44,038 nucleotides of DNA from Acidimicrobiia bacterium (GCA_016871215.1 VFZK01000001.1:1-44038); one strand, 5' to 3'; numbered from the stretch's first letter, positions 11,086 through 19,812 are shown. The notes: generated by a model from the sequence alone, not told the origin. Numbers and translations: made by a program.

Positions 11086-12014
11086 GGCTGGCTCCTGTCA
11101 AGGCTCCCGGCACGAGGTGAGTTTTCACCAACCAGAGCCTCTCGAACGCCCCGCAGCCGGCCCTTCCATGCCCGATTCATCCCGGCAAGACTCAGAACCA
11201 ACAGTCCGAACCCCAGCAACGGAAACTTGAGGTCCACGGGACCAGGCGCGACTGCCGCAGTGGGGTTGGCTTGCTTGGTGGATTGCAACAAACTGAAAAT
11301 CTGAACGATCTCTTCGTCGGTGAGTGGGCGAGCCACGAAGATGCTGTTCATCGTCGGGAAATTGGGATTCTGCAGGATGGCGATCAACTCAGGATCGCGG
11401 TATTTGATGTTGGCGGCAGTCAGGCTGGGGCCCAATGTGCCGCCACCGAATAGTCCGGCGCCATCGAGGTCGTGGCAGGTGATGCAGGCGGTGCCGCCGC
11501 GGCTGAGGAGTGTCTTACCCGTGAAGAGGCGACGTCCGGCTTCGGCGTCTCCGGCGGCAATCGGACGGCTCAGCTTGGCGCCGGCCGGGATGAAGATCTG
11601 ATTCTTGTTCGAGAGGCTCTCGATGAGAGCCATAAGACTGTCCATCTCCTCCGGACTCAGCGCCTGGTCAGGCATCACTTCGGGCGAGAACTTCCTGAAG
11701 AGATCGACGGCCGCCGGATCACCGCGTCGATTCATCGCTGCCGGCGATTGAATGAAGCTGTGAAGCCACTCGCGGGAGCGCTGAGCGGTCACTCCCTTCA
11801 GGTCGGGGCCTTTCTTGTTTCCAGAGCCAATGTTGTGGCAGCTGTAACACTTCTTTTCAAAAAGCGTCGCCGCACCTTGGGCCTGGGCGTGCAGGAATGC
11901 CGGACCGTTGACGGGAAGGAACAATGCGAGCCAGAGCCCGAAATGGCGAACCTCAGAGCGTATGGCAAGCCATCTTGAGTTCCGACCAAAAAGATGATCC
12001 AGTGAGTGTTTCAT
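11082..12014 (-). CDS. Membrane-anchored periplasmic diheme cytochrome c, translationally coupled to narG (NarC-like position)
   Basis: 310 aa. It has a signal-like N-terminus ([23 protein letters not shown]), two CXXCH motifs (CYSCH, CITCH) and a C-terminal TM helix ([16 protein letters not shown]). Its stop overlaps the narG ATG by 4 nt (11082-11085). Confidence 0.75.
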
Positions 12015-12064
12015 GATTCAACTCTTTTCCCCGGCCTTGAGCAGCCCTTAGAGTCGTCTTTGTC

Positions 12065-12562
12065 TTATCTGCATCTTCGAGAACGTTCTCCCGGAACGGC
12101 CTGGTCTGTGGTGCCAGCGGAGTGCTGCCCAAGCGCGGACTGGACGCCAGGCCTTGCCTGGCTCTCCGCTGCAATTTCGGAAATCGTTTTGTGCTGCCAG
12201 GAGTGAAGGAGCTGTTGACGCAGGACCTGCCATTCCTGGTGCAGTGGACAGGGATCATCAGAACTGCAATACCCGCAGCCCAGAATGCACTGATCGAACT
12301 CGGCACTGGCACCTAGGGACTCGATGACTTCCCAAAGGGTGATGGACTGGGCCGAGCGTGCTAAGGCGTAGCCGCCATGAATGCCTTTGAGTGAACGCAA
12401 CAGCCGGTGGCGGCGAAGCTCTCCCAAAACTTTCCGCAGGAACACGGGAGGAATCTGTTCGCTACTGGCAATTCCCTCCAATCCGCAAAGCTCATCCTTC
12501 GGGTGGCGTGCCAGGTAGATCAAAGCTCGAATGCCGTAGCCGGTTGCCTTTGAGAGGATCAT
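12065..12562 (-). CDS. Rrf2-family transcriptional regulator (Fe-S-binding, IscR/NsrR-like)
   Basis: 165 aa. MILSKATGYGIRALIYLARHP is the Rrf2 winged-helix N-terminus. The Cys/His cluster is CILGCGYCSSDDPCPLH. It lies 50 nt upstream of, and co-directional with, the nar genes. Confidence 0.85.
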   Translation of the reverse strand: MILSKATGYGIRALIYLARHPKDELCGLEGIASSEQIPPVFLRKVLGELRRHRLLRSLKGIHGGYALARSAQSITLWEVIESLGASAEFDQCILGCGYCSSDDPCPLHQEWQVLRQQLLHSWQHKTISEIAAESQARPGVQSALGQHSAGTTDQAVPGERSRRCR

Positions 12563-12573
12563 GGCGTTTCACC

Positions 12574-12585
12574 GTACCTAGGTAC
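12574..12585. promoter_or_regulatory. Perfect 12-bp palindrome GTACCTAGGTAC in the divergent Rrf2 / PAS-LuxR intergenic region (candidate operator)
   Basis: Read directly from the sequence. It lies 12-23 nt upstream of the Rrf2 ATG (12562) within the 103-nt divergent control region. Confidence 0.3.
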
Positions 12586-12665
12586 CCTTTTGTCCGCTAT
12601 GTTTACTTTCCCTCGTCCGTTGGACAATAATCAGATCTCATCATCTTTGTGATGAAGGTGTTCAA

Positions 12666-13334
12666 ATGCGCCGGAGTGAGATTGCCGCACTGGTAGACAG
12701 CACCTCAGACTCAGCCTTTGCTGTGGACGGAAATGGCCACATCGTGGCCTGGAACCGAGCTGCTCAAGAGATGTTTGGATTGTCAGCCAAAGAGGCTGTG
12801 GGCAGGGCTTGTGGCGAGATTCTGCAAGGGGCTGATGAATGCGGCCCGGTCTGCACGAAGGATTGTAACGTCAGACAGGCTGTGGAGAAACACCATCCGG
12901 TCCGCAACTTTGATCTGCAGGTACAAACTAAAGATGGATCCAGGTGGTGTAACTTATCGGTTCTGGCAGCTACCGACACCACGTCTCACTCACCTTACTC
13001 CATCCATATCATCCGTGCGATTGACACACGGAAGCGTTTGGAGATGCTGGTGCGCGACTTTGTCGTGCATGAAACACAACTGCCTCCGGAGGAAGCGACG
13101 GCGCTGATTTCGTCAACTCGGGCCATCGCCAGAGAGACAGACCTGACTCAGCGGGAGCTGGAAATCCTGCGACTGCTGGCCAAAGGCACAACGACAGCCA
13201 GCATCGCCAGCCAGCTGCACATCAGCAGGACCACTGTCAGCAACCACATCCAACATATTCACCGTAAGCTCAACACCCACACCCGCCTTGGAGCCGTTCG
13301 TCGCGCCGAGCACGCCGGGTTGCTCCAAAAGTGA
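12666..13334 (+). CDS. PAS-domain LuxR/GerE-family transcriptional regulator
   Basis: 222 aa. The N-terminal PAS-like segment is AFAVDGNGHIVAWNRAAQEMFGLSAKEAVGRACGEIL. The C-terminal GerE HTH is LTQRELEILRLLAKGTTTASIASQLHISRTTVSNHIQHIHRKL. Confidence 0.85.
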   Translation: MRRSEIAALVDSTSDSAFAVDGNGHIVAWNRAAQEMFGLSAKEAVGRACGEILQGADECGPVCTKDCNVRQAVEKHHPVRNFDLQVQTKDGSRWCNLSVLAATDTTSHSPYSIHIIRAIDTRKRLEMLVRDFVVHETQLPPEEATALISSTRAIARETDLTQRELEILRLLAKGTTTASIASQLHISRTTVSNHIQHIHRKLNTHTRLGAVRRAEHAGLLQK

Positions 13335-13743
13335 AAGTCACGCGAAGACATTGAGCCCAATCTCATTGGACCATTTGCGACTGGCTCGCTGCAATCTTGA
13401 CCGGACTCTCACCCAAAATATCGCCTGAAGGAATTGTCCGCTGTCTGAAAAGCTGGCTCGTTCGAATGAAGCGGCTTTGCGGGCAAGGCCGCCTGGCACA
13501 TATCGGTTTCCAGACGACAGCGAATGTCGCAGTCCTCTGTATGCGGCCAGGTGCTGCTCTGGACCGATTTCCAGCGCCAACGGCTCTCAGGCCAAGGCAG
13601 CCGAGGCCAGGAGTTCGCCTACGGATTTGAATTGCAATCTGCTGAAGCGGTGAGCGGCCCGCTGGCATTGGGCTATGGTTGCCATTTCGGGTTGGGGGTT
13701 TTTTTCGCTGTGGATCAGACGTGACACGAAGCCGGGGCACGCT

Positions 13744-14085
13744 CTAAACAAACTCAATGCGGTTCCGCATTTCTTCCGGTTCGTAGATGACGTTGATGAG
13801 CAGCAGAGCCTCAATCGTTTCTCGGAAAGACAACTTTCCGGGAGCGTGATAGACGATACCGGAAAACGGCACGCCGCTTACCAGCCAGCGGTGTGCGAGT
13901 CGTAAGAAATCCCGGTCAGTGGTGTAGATGATGCGGCCTTCTTGCGTGGCATACTTCAACTGCTCGGCGTCGCTGATGCCCTTGCATCCGAGGTCTGTGG
14001 TGGTGACAACATCAATGCCGTGGGCGCGCAACACCAAAGCCAGCGCCTCGTTCACGCACTCATCGAAGAAGAAGGCCACCGCCAT
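13744..14085 (-). CDS. DUF5615-family PIN-like putative toxin
   Basis: 113 aa. MAVAFFFDECVNEALALVLRAHGIDVVTTTDLG...IIYTTDRDF is typical of the Mut7-C/DUF5615 partner of DUF433 proteins. It starts 5 nt downstream of the DUF433 gene. Confidence 0.72.
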   Translation of the reverse strand: MAVAFFFDECVNEALALVLRAHGIDVVTTTDLGCKGISDAEQLKYATQEGRIIYTTDRDFLRLAHRWLVSGVPFSGIVYHAPGKLSFRETIEALLLINVIYEPEEMRNRIEFV

Positions 14086-14090
14086 GCAAA

Positions 14091-14393
14091 TCAGCTCGAT
14101 CTGGTGGAAAGTAACTGCTGGACCCTGGAGGGGAATCGCGCTCGCAACTCCTGCTCAATGGCATCCAGCTCTTCTGCGTTCCGCTCAATTTCCTGGCGAT
14201 GATCATAAAAATAAGCGAGGGCGGCATGAACTTGGGCAAGGGTCAAATGCGGATGGGCAGCAAGCACTTCATCGGGAGTCATGCCCAGTTGCTCAACCTC
14301 CAGAGCAATTCGTTGGACAGTAATCCGGGCGCCCTGAACATGGGGCTGCCCGGCGCAAATCAACGGGTCGGAAATCACATAAGGGTAGGTCAT
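14091..14393 (-). CDS. DUF433-family putative antitoxin
   Basis: 100 aa. ISDPLICAGQPHVQGARITVQRIALEVEQLGMTPDEVLAAHPHLTLAQVHAALAYFYDH matches the DUF433 pattern. It is paired with the downstream DUF5615 gene. Confidence 0.78.
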   Translation of the reverse strand: MTYPYVISDPLICAGQPHVQGARITVQRIALEVEQLGMTPDEVLAAHPHLTLAQVHAALAYFYDHRQEIERNAEELDAIEQELRARFPSRVQQLLSTRSS

Positions 14394-14800
14394 GTAGCGG
14401 TGCTCCTAAACGCTCCGGCGATCAGTCTAAAAGCCATCTTAATGGATTTGCTCTTTGCCAACAATGGCTTTGGACCTTCAACCAAGTAGCACGCGGACCG
14501 AAGTCCGGCACAACCACATGTCAAAAAGTGCTTCGGCGAAGTGGACGGCAGGACTCGACCGGAAGAAAGCACAAAGAGCGTTCGAAGAGGCCGTGGTGGA
14601 CTGCTACAACGAGTACAGCATTCGGGCCTGTTGACTCTGATTGAGGACGAAGTGCAGTTTCCCTTCCCTGGCCGGGTTCTTGGCGAAACCGTGCAGGTGG
14701 TGGGAAATAGAGTGGCCGGACGATGACGAATTCGGCCTCGACTTTGTATGCGAGCACAAGGTAAACGCCATCGCGCGGAAGCCCGCTCGGTCGATCTGGT

Positions 14801-15199
14801 TTGTCCCTGGCCAAGGACTTCACTATTGCTTGTTATGCGGTGGGCTTTGACCCGATGCTGAGGTTCTATCACCAGCCGCGCTTTGGACGACCCGCACTCG
14901 CTCTGAACCTGATGGAACCGTTTCGTCCTTTGGTTGCCGATTCGTGCGTCATTCAGGCTATTAACAACCGCATGGTGTCTCCAGACGACTTCCTGATGGT
15001 TGGTCAAGCCGTTGCCCTCACACCTCAGGGAAGAAAGGCCTTTTACCGGGCTTACGAGCTGCGGATGGACACACTGGTGACCCACCCATTGTTCGACTAC
15101 CGTGTGAGCTATAGGAGGCTATTGGAAATTCAAGCCCGATTGCTCGGTAAGATGCTCCAGGGAGAGATAGGAAAGTATCCCGTGTTCGTCACTCGCTAG
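14801..15199 (+). pseudogene. cas1: cas1 3' fragment (about the C-terminal 130 aa of CRISPR integrase Cas1). The 5' part is lost or degraded.
   Basis: The translation is ...AVGFDPMLRFYHQPRFGRPALALNLMEPFRPLVADSCVIQAINNRMV...LTPQGRKAFYRAYELRMDTLVTHPLFDYRVSYRRLLEIQARLLGKMLQGEIGKYPVF. This matches the Cas1 C-terminal core (GLDPxLGFLHxxRxGRPSLALDLMEEFRP) and its natural C-terminus. An in-frame stop lies at 14762-14764. Only weak multi-frame similarity appears in 14470-14800, and there is no ATG start. Confidence 0.75.
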
Positions 15200-15656
15200 T
15201 GTGCTGTCCAGTCAGTCTTGTACACATCGTTGTTTTTCGGCTGCTTCGCCACGAAGGTTTTGAAATCAAGAGTAGGTTTACGAGAAGAGGGATGACCCTT
15301 CTTAACACTCGATCCTCTGGTCTGGCATGTATCATTTGAGACGCAACAACGCCGGCGAAAGAGACTGTCTTTGGGAAGCACGACAGCCTCTTTCTTAGCC
15401 GGCTGCCAGCCGGGCACACCGCGACAACGCATTTGGGATGGAATTAAATCCTTCAAGGAATCTTCCCAAATGCGCTCACGCTCAAGCGTGCCCGGCGATC
15501 TCCTGTCGTAGACAAAGTTCGCATCAACGTTTCCACTGCCTTTTCTACGTGACCAAGAACATCACGCCATCTATCAAACCTCTCTGACCGCAGCCTGGGC
15601 CTCAACCGAGGCGTCGTTGACTCCTTTTTCTTCCTTGAATCGCGGAAACTTGTCAC
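15196..15656 (-). pseudogene. Possible multi-frame relic of an IS200/IS605-type tnpB-like gene (very tentative)
   Basis: Two abutting basic ORFs with non-ATG starts lie in different frames. Weak resemblances to TnpB segments are SFRDSRKKKESTTPRLRPR (like FKNFFxxxxKxPKFKKK), RARLSVSAFGKI and PTLDFKTFVA (like GIDLGLKTFA). There is no intact domain. Confidence 0.22.
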
Positions 15657-16046
15657 TCAGCAGAAATCACAAATGGTTGGATCGGGTTCTCGCTTTTTTC
15701 GGCAAATGACTGTCTCAAGCTGTCGACGGCTGGCATGTGCATAACTTCCGACAGAATGAAGCAGACTTCGCCGCTAGACTGCTTCCGCAAGGAACCACAG
15801 GGGGGCCTATGGGCCGGAGACGCTCCAAACATTCGATCCCAACTCTTGGCATCTCAGTCGAGACTCGCATCAGCGTCGATCATTGGCCCAGTCAAGAGGA
15901 CAGCCGCCTTTAGCTGAATAGAAGACAATCAGACGCCTCAGACCTTGTTTCCTACTCTCCTACAAGCAAGTCGCCCATTTGCGATTGGTTCCAAACCCTG
16001 TCAAGAAAAAAATCACTTCGATGTGAGTGAACAGCAGCAACTCAGG

Positions 16047-16086
16047 GAAACGAACAGCAATTTACAGAAACCAACAGAAACAATCC
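16047..16086 (+). repeat. Phased GAAAC-NAAC direct repeats upstream of the relaxase gene
   Basis: GAAACGAACAGCAA starts at 16047, GAAACCAACAG at 16067 and GAAACAATCC at 16077. The starts are spaced 20 and 10 bp apart. The cluster lies about 380 bp upstream of the relaxase ATG. Confidence 0.6.
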
Positions 16087-16463
16087 GCTAATTGGACTTC
16101 AGACCGCGGAACTCCCTAGAAAAAACTACCCCTTATACTGCTTCGGCGTGAGCGATGCCCGCAGATCTCGAGCGAGGTGAGGATATTCCGAAGAGTCGAT
16201 TCAGAGGAGTTGTAGATCCGGGGGTTGATCTAGAAACTCTGGTTTCAGAAGTTCACATTTTGGGGCTCTCGATACTCCTTTAATTAGCAACCGTTGATTC
16301 TGAAGATTGGCTCTTTACTGTTTTGGCTTCTGGACACTCCTTATGTATGAGGGAGCAGATGGGAGGCAAAACCGGGGCGCCGCAGGAGCTTTGTGCAGTT
16401 ACATCCGTGCAAGGTAACGCCGGAAGCACCCAAGCATTGATTCACCGTCCTGAGAATGCCGTT

Positions 16464-19295
16464 ATGTTCACCTGTAAGAAAATCCGAAGCGGTAGCACCT
16501 ACCTGGGCACGCATCTGTCCGCCAATGACTACTACTGCGAACAGGAACAAGTCAGCGGCATCTGGGTTGGGAAGGGTGCGGAGAAGTTAGGCATCGCAGG
16601 CCAGGCTATCGGAAAGGAGGATCCTGCCTTCGAAGCCCTGCGGTTGAACCAGCATCCGGACGGTTCCGGCAAACTCACACCACGGAACGTCGCCAATTCG
16701 ATTCGCTCCTTCGATTTCCAGTGCGCCCCTCACAAGTCGGTCTCCATCATGGCTGTGATGATGGAAGACCGTCGTCTCTATGAGGCTCACGACCGGGCCA
16801 ACCGGGCTGCGCTGGAGGAGTTGGAACGGTTCGCCGCGATTCAGACCGGTCAGGGACGGCGCAAACATTTTGAAGCGACGGGTAACCTCTGCGCAGCAGC
16901 CTTCCGCCACGACGCCTCACGGGAGCTCGACCCACAGCTCCACACCCATTTCGTGATTGCCAACGCCACCTGGGATTCGGGCAGTCAACGTTGGCTGGCG
17001 TTGCAAACCCACGACATCTTCAAAGCTATTCGCTACTGCGGGAAGGTCTACCAGAACGAGCTGGCCCGGGAATGTCGGAGCTTGGGCTATGAGATTGAAA
17101 TGGTTCGAGAAGCAAAGGGAATGGTCGAAGGCTTCCAGATCAAAGGGGTGTCGGAAGAACTTCAGGTGAAATACTCCAAACGCCGGGCAGAGGTCGAAGC
17201 CGCCATCGACAAGTTCGTTGTCGAACGTGGACGCCAACCCAATCCCGCTGAGATCTCCCAACTGGCCAGTGAAACCCGCTCCCCGAAGCTCCGGGAGATC
17301 AGCACGCCTGCCGTCCGGCAGCACCAGCGGTCTCAACTGTCGCCTTCAGAGTTGCTCGCTTTGGAATCTCTGAAGCGACGGGCCTTGATACGAAGTCTCG
17401 AACGAACCCATGCCATCGAACCGACCGAGTTGCGCATGGAGTCGAACCGGCGTGCACTGACGCAAGCTCGCGATCATCTCTACGAACGACACTCCGTGTT
17501 GAAGGGGCACCAGATTCTGGCTGAGGCACTGAATCAAAGCCTCGGCGGTCTCGACATTCAGGGATTGAAAGATTGTCTGACCAGCCCCTCTACCGGGATG
17601 ACACGGCTGGCTGAAAGCTCCCGCAATCCTCTCTTGTCCTGCCTGTGGGCCTCGAACCGGCTATTGGAACTGGAACGCTGGTCGGTGGAGTTTGTCAATC
17701 AAACCCAAAGCAGTTGTAGTCCCCTCGGACAGACTCGAGGAGTCGACTTTGACTTCAAGTCCGAAGAACAGCGATTCGCGGTTCTGGAGACACTCCAAAC
17801 CACCGACCGGGTCTACGCCATTCGCGGCTGCGCCGGTGCGGGAAAGACCACCTGCCTGCAAGAGATCCAGAAGGGATTAGAAGCCGGTGGGAAGAACGCC
17901 TACTACCTGGCCCCCACGGCGGCTGCGGTAGAAGTCCTCCGACGGGATGGTTTCAGTCAGGCCACCACCGTCCACGACTTCCTGGCTAATCAGGCTGGGA
18001 CACACTCAGAGCGGATTAACCGGAGTGTGCTGGTGGTTGACGAATCCAGCTTGCTGTCAACTCAACTTGGCGCGGCTTTGCTCAAGACCGCTCAGATTCA
18101 TGACGCGCGGGTACTCTTTGTTGGCGATGTCCGGCAGCACGTCTCGGTCGAAGCTGGAGACTTTCTTCGAATCCTTGAGCAGCACTCCAAACTCAGGTCT
18201 TCGGAACTCCAGGACATCCGCCGCCAAATACCTGCCGACTACAACCGAGCCATCCGGCTGATGGCTCGAGGCGATGTGGGTGAGGGGTTGGAACGGCTGG
18301 ATCAGTTGGGCTGTATCCATGAAGGCAAAGGAGACTATCTCCGGCAGGCTGCCGCTGCCTATGTCGAAGCGATCAGGAAGGGTGAGTCCTTTGAGCGGTG
18401 TATTGCCATTGCCCCTACCTGGGAGGAAAACCACCGACTGACGGAAGCCATCCGGGAACAACTGAAACAAAGCAGTAAGCTTCATTCCCCAACCGGGATT
18501 CAGATCCAAGACCCACTCGACTGGACCACTCAACAAAAAACACAAGTTCGCAGCTACAAACCCGGCATGGTCGTCACCCTGACCCGGCGGGCCGGAAGAT
18601 TCGAGCCAGGCCAGTCCTTGGTTGTCGAGCGAGTCGAAGCTGGCCAGCTTTTCTTTCAGAACTATTTAAAACCTCTCGATCCAGCCAAGCACGCCGACAA
18701 ACTTCAGGTGGCCACTCCTCGGCAGATCGAAATAGCCAACGGTGATCCCATCTTGATTCGGCGCAATGCCAGGAAGCTCGGGCTGGTGAACGGCGAGGTC
18801 TTGACCTGTGCAAGCATCGAATCCGATGGCTCGATCCAAACCAGGGAGGGCAAGATTCTTCCACCAGCCTTTCGGGACTTCTGTCATGGCTACGTCGTCA
18901 CCAGCCACAAGTCTCAAGGGCGTACCCATGACCAGGTGATCGTTGCCGCCCAGCAGCTGGATGCCAAGGCGGCCTATGTCGCCTGCTCCCGTGGCCGACA
19001 TCAAGCCTCTATCTTCACGCCGGACAAAGCACGTCTCTTCGATGCGGTGGAACAATCGGGAGACCGGGTGGCGCCTTCCGATGTTCTCGATCCGGTGTCG
19101 TTGCGTCCTGCGATCTGGCGGCAACAGGAACAGAAAGCCTGGCAGAAGGCAGTTGAACAGGCTTCGCTCCTGCAGAGGATCAGCGAGAGAGCAGAACCTG
19201 CAATCGAGCGAGAACCAGAGATTCGTCCTCCGTCGAAACTGATCCAATGGCGGGAAGTGCGTCTGCCTTCATCGGAACTGGAGATCGGCCTATGA
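16464..19295 (+). CDS. MobF-family (TrwC/TraI-like) conjugative relaxase fused to a RecD/TraA-like helicase
   Basis: - N-terminus: MFTCKKIRSGSTYLGTHLSANDYYCEQEQVSGIWVGKGAEKLGI.
- His-triad motif: AAFRHDASRELDPQLHTHFVIANATWD.
- Walker A: AIRGCAGAGKTT.
- C-terminal helicase motif: YVVTSHKSQGRTHDQVIV.

The ORF-track start (16323) is probably too far upstream. The ATG at 16464 fits the family N-terminus. Confidence 0.9.
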   Translation: MFTCKKIRSGSTYLGTHLSANDYYCEQEQVSGIWVGKGAEKLGIAGQAIGKEDPAFEALRLNQHPDGSGKLTPRNVANSIRSFDFQCAPHKSVSIMAVMMEDRRLYEAHDRANRAALEELERFAAIQTGQGRRKHFEATGNLCAAAFRHDASRELDPQLHTHFVIANATWDSGSQRWLALQTHDIFKAIRYCGKVYQNELARECRSLGYEIEMVREAKGMVEGFQIKGVSEELQVKYSKRRAEVEAAIDKFVVERGRQPNPAEISQLASETRSPKLREISTPAVRQHQRSQLSPSELLALESLKRRALIRSLERTHAIEPTELRMESNRRALTQARDHLYERHSVLKGHQILAEALNQSLGGLDIQGLKDCLTSPSTGMTRLAESSRNPLLSCLWASNRLLELERWSVEFVNQTQSSCSPLGQTRGVDFDFKSEEQRFAVLETLQTTDRVYAIRGCAGAGKTTCLQEIQKGLEAGGKNAYYLAPTAAAVEVLRRDGFSQATTVHDFLANQAGTHSERINRSVLVVDESSLLSTQLGAALLKTAQIHDARVLFVGDVRQHVSVEAGDFLRILEQHSKLRSSELQDIRRQIPADYNRAIRLMARGDVGEGLERLDQLGCIHEGKGDYLRQAAAAYVEAIRKGESFERCIAIAPTWEENHRLTEAIREQLKQSSKLHSPTGIQIQDPLDWTTQQKTQVRSYKPGMVVTLTRRAGRFEPGQSLVVERVEAGQLFFQNYLKPLDPAKHADKLQVATPRQIEIANGDPILIRRNARKLGLVNGEVLTCASIESDGSIQTREGKILPPAFRDFCHGYVVTSHKSQGRTHDQVIVAAQQLDAKAAYVACSRGRHQASIFTPDKARLFDAVEQSGDRVAPSDVLDPVSLRPAIWRQQEQKAWQKAVEQASLLQRISERAEPAIEREPEIRPPSKLIQWREVRLPSSELEIGL

Positions 19296-19726
19296 GCCAG
19301 ATCCCAGTCACGAGCTTGAGGCCGAAACCATCAGAACCAACGTTCGACTGGAGCAGTTCCATACTGCGACCTAGTGACCAGGAGTGCCGAGTGACTTCCC
19401 AATGCTATCTTCCCCGATCCTTCGAGAGCACCGTCATTGGAGCAGTCTTTGTGACCGCTGGGGGAGATCGCCGGTTCCACCCTGATCGCTTTCTTATGGA
19501 GGCTGAGCTTTCGGAACAGGGACGGTTGTTACGGCTCATCTACACGTGTCGCACAGTTGAAGTAGCTGGTCAACGTCTGGAAGTGCTCTTTGAGCATGCC
19601 ATCGTGGGTCGGCTCGGCACGATCCTGCAGGGTCCCTCAGCGCTGGCGTCTCGTGATCAGCTCTGGGTGAGCAGCATCATGTCCATCGTTCCAGCGGTGG
19701 CAGATTCGAGGCTCGACAGGAGGTAG
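19292..19726 (+). CDS. Hypothetical protein, translationally coupled to the relaxase
   Basis: The ATG at 19292 overlaps the relaxase TGA (ATGA at 19292-19295). It encodes 144 aa (MSQIPVTSLRPKPSEPTFDW...). I recognise no family. Confidence 0.5.
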   Translation: MSQIPVTSLRPKPSEPTFDWSSSILRPSDQECRVTSQCYLPRSFESTVIGAVFVTAGGDRRFHPDRFLMEAELSEQGRLLRLIYTCRTVEVAGQRLEVLFEHAIVGRLGTILQGPSALASRDQLWVSSIMSIVPAVADSRLDRR

Positions 19727-19812
19727 CTTGGATCTGCAGTCCGTTGGAACTCACAGCCATGACAGTGGAGCTAAGACACAATACTTCTAAGTCGAGCTTC
19801 GAATCGAATGCG

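Noticed and set aside
13335-13743. A structured RNA gene (RNase P RNA, tmRNA or tRNA) in the ORF-less gap
   Set aside because: No GAGGAAAGTCCGGGC/ACAGAACCCGGCTTA-type RNase P motifs are present. There is no tmRNA tRNA-like end. The TTCGAAT and TTCAAAT strings present lack flanking complementary T-stems.
14390-15085. A 231-aa minus-strand ORF covering the cas1 relic region
   Set aside because: It overlaps the convincing Cas1 C-terminal frame on the opposite strand. Its translation has no recognisable features, so it is probably an open shadow frame.
15923-15929. ATTGTCT on the minus strand, resembling the core of the R388 (TrwC) nic site ...GTATTGTCT/ATAG
   Set aside because: It is only a 7-mer, with no adjacent inverted repeat like the IR2 of MOBF oriTs. 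It sits in decayed sequence 0.5 kb from the relaxase gene, so it is compatible with chance.
15200-16320. Expected cas2 and a CRISPR array downstream of cas1
   Set aside because: I read all three plus-strand frames and looked for spaced direct repeats of 24-40 nt. I found no Cas2-like sequence (no YDI...VQxSVF pattern) and no repeat-spacer periodicity.
13335-16330. An attL direct repeat matching the 3' part of tRNA-Pro(CGG)
   Set aside because: The best matches by eye are only a 9-mer CCAGGTGCT (13547-13555) and a gapped resemblance GCGAG..GAGGAT..TTC..GAA (16172-16193). These are too weak to call, and a computed alignment is needed.
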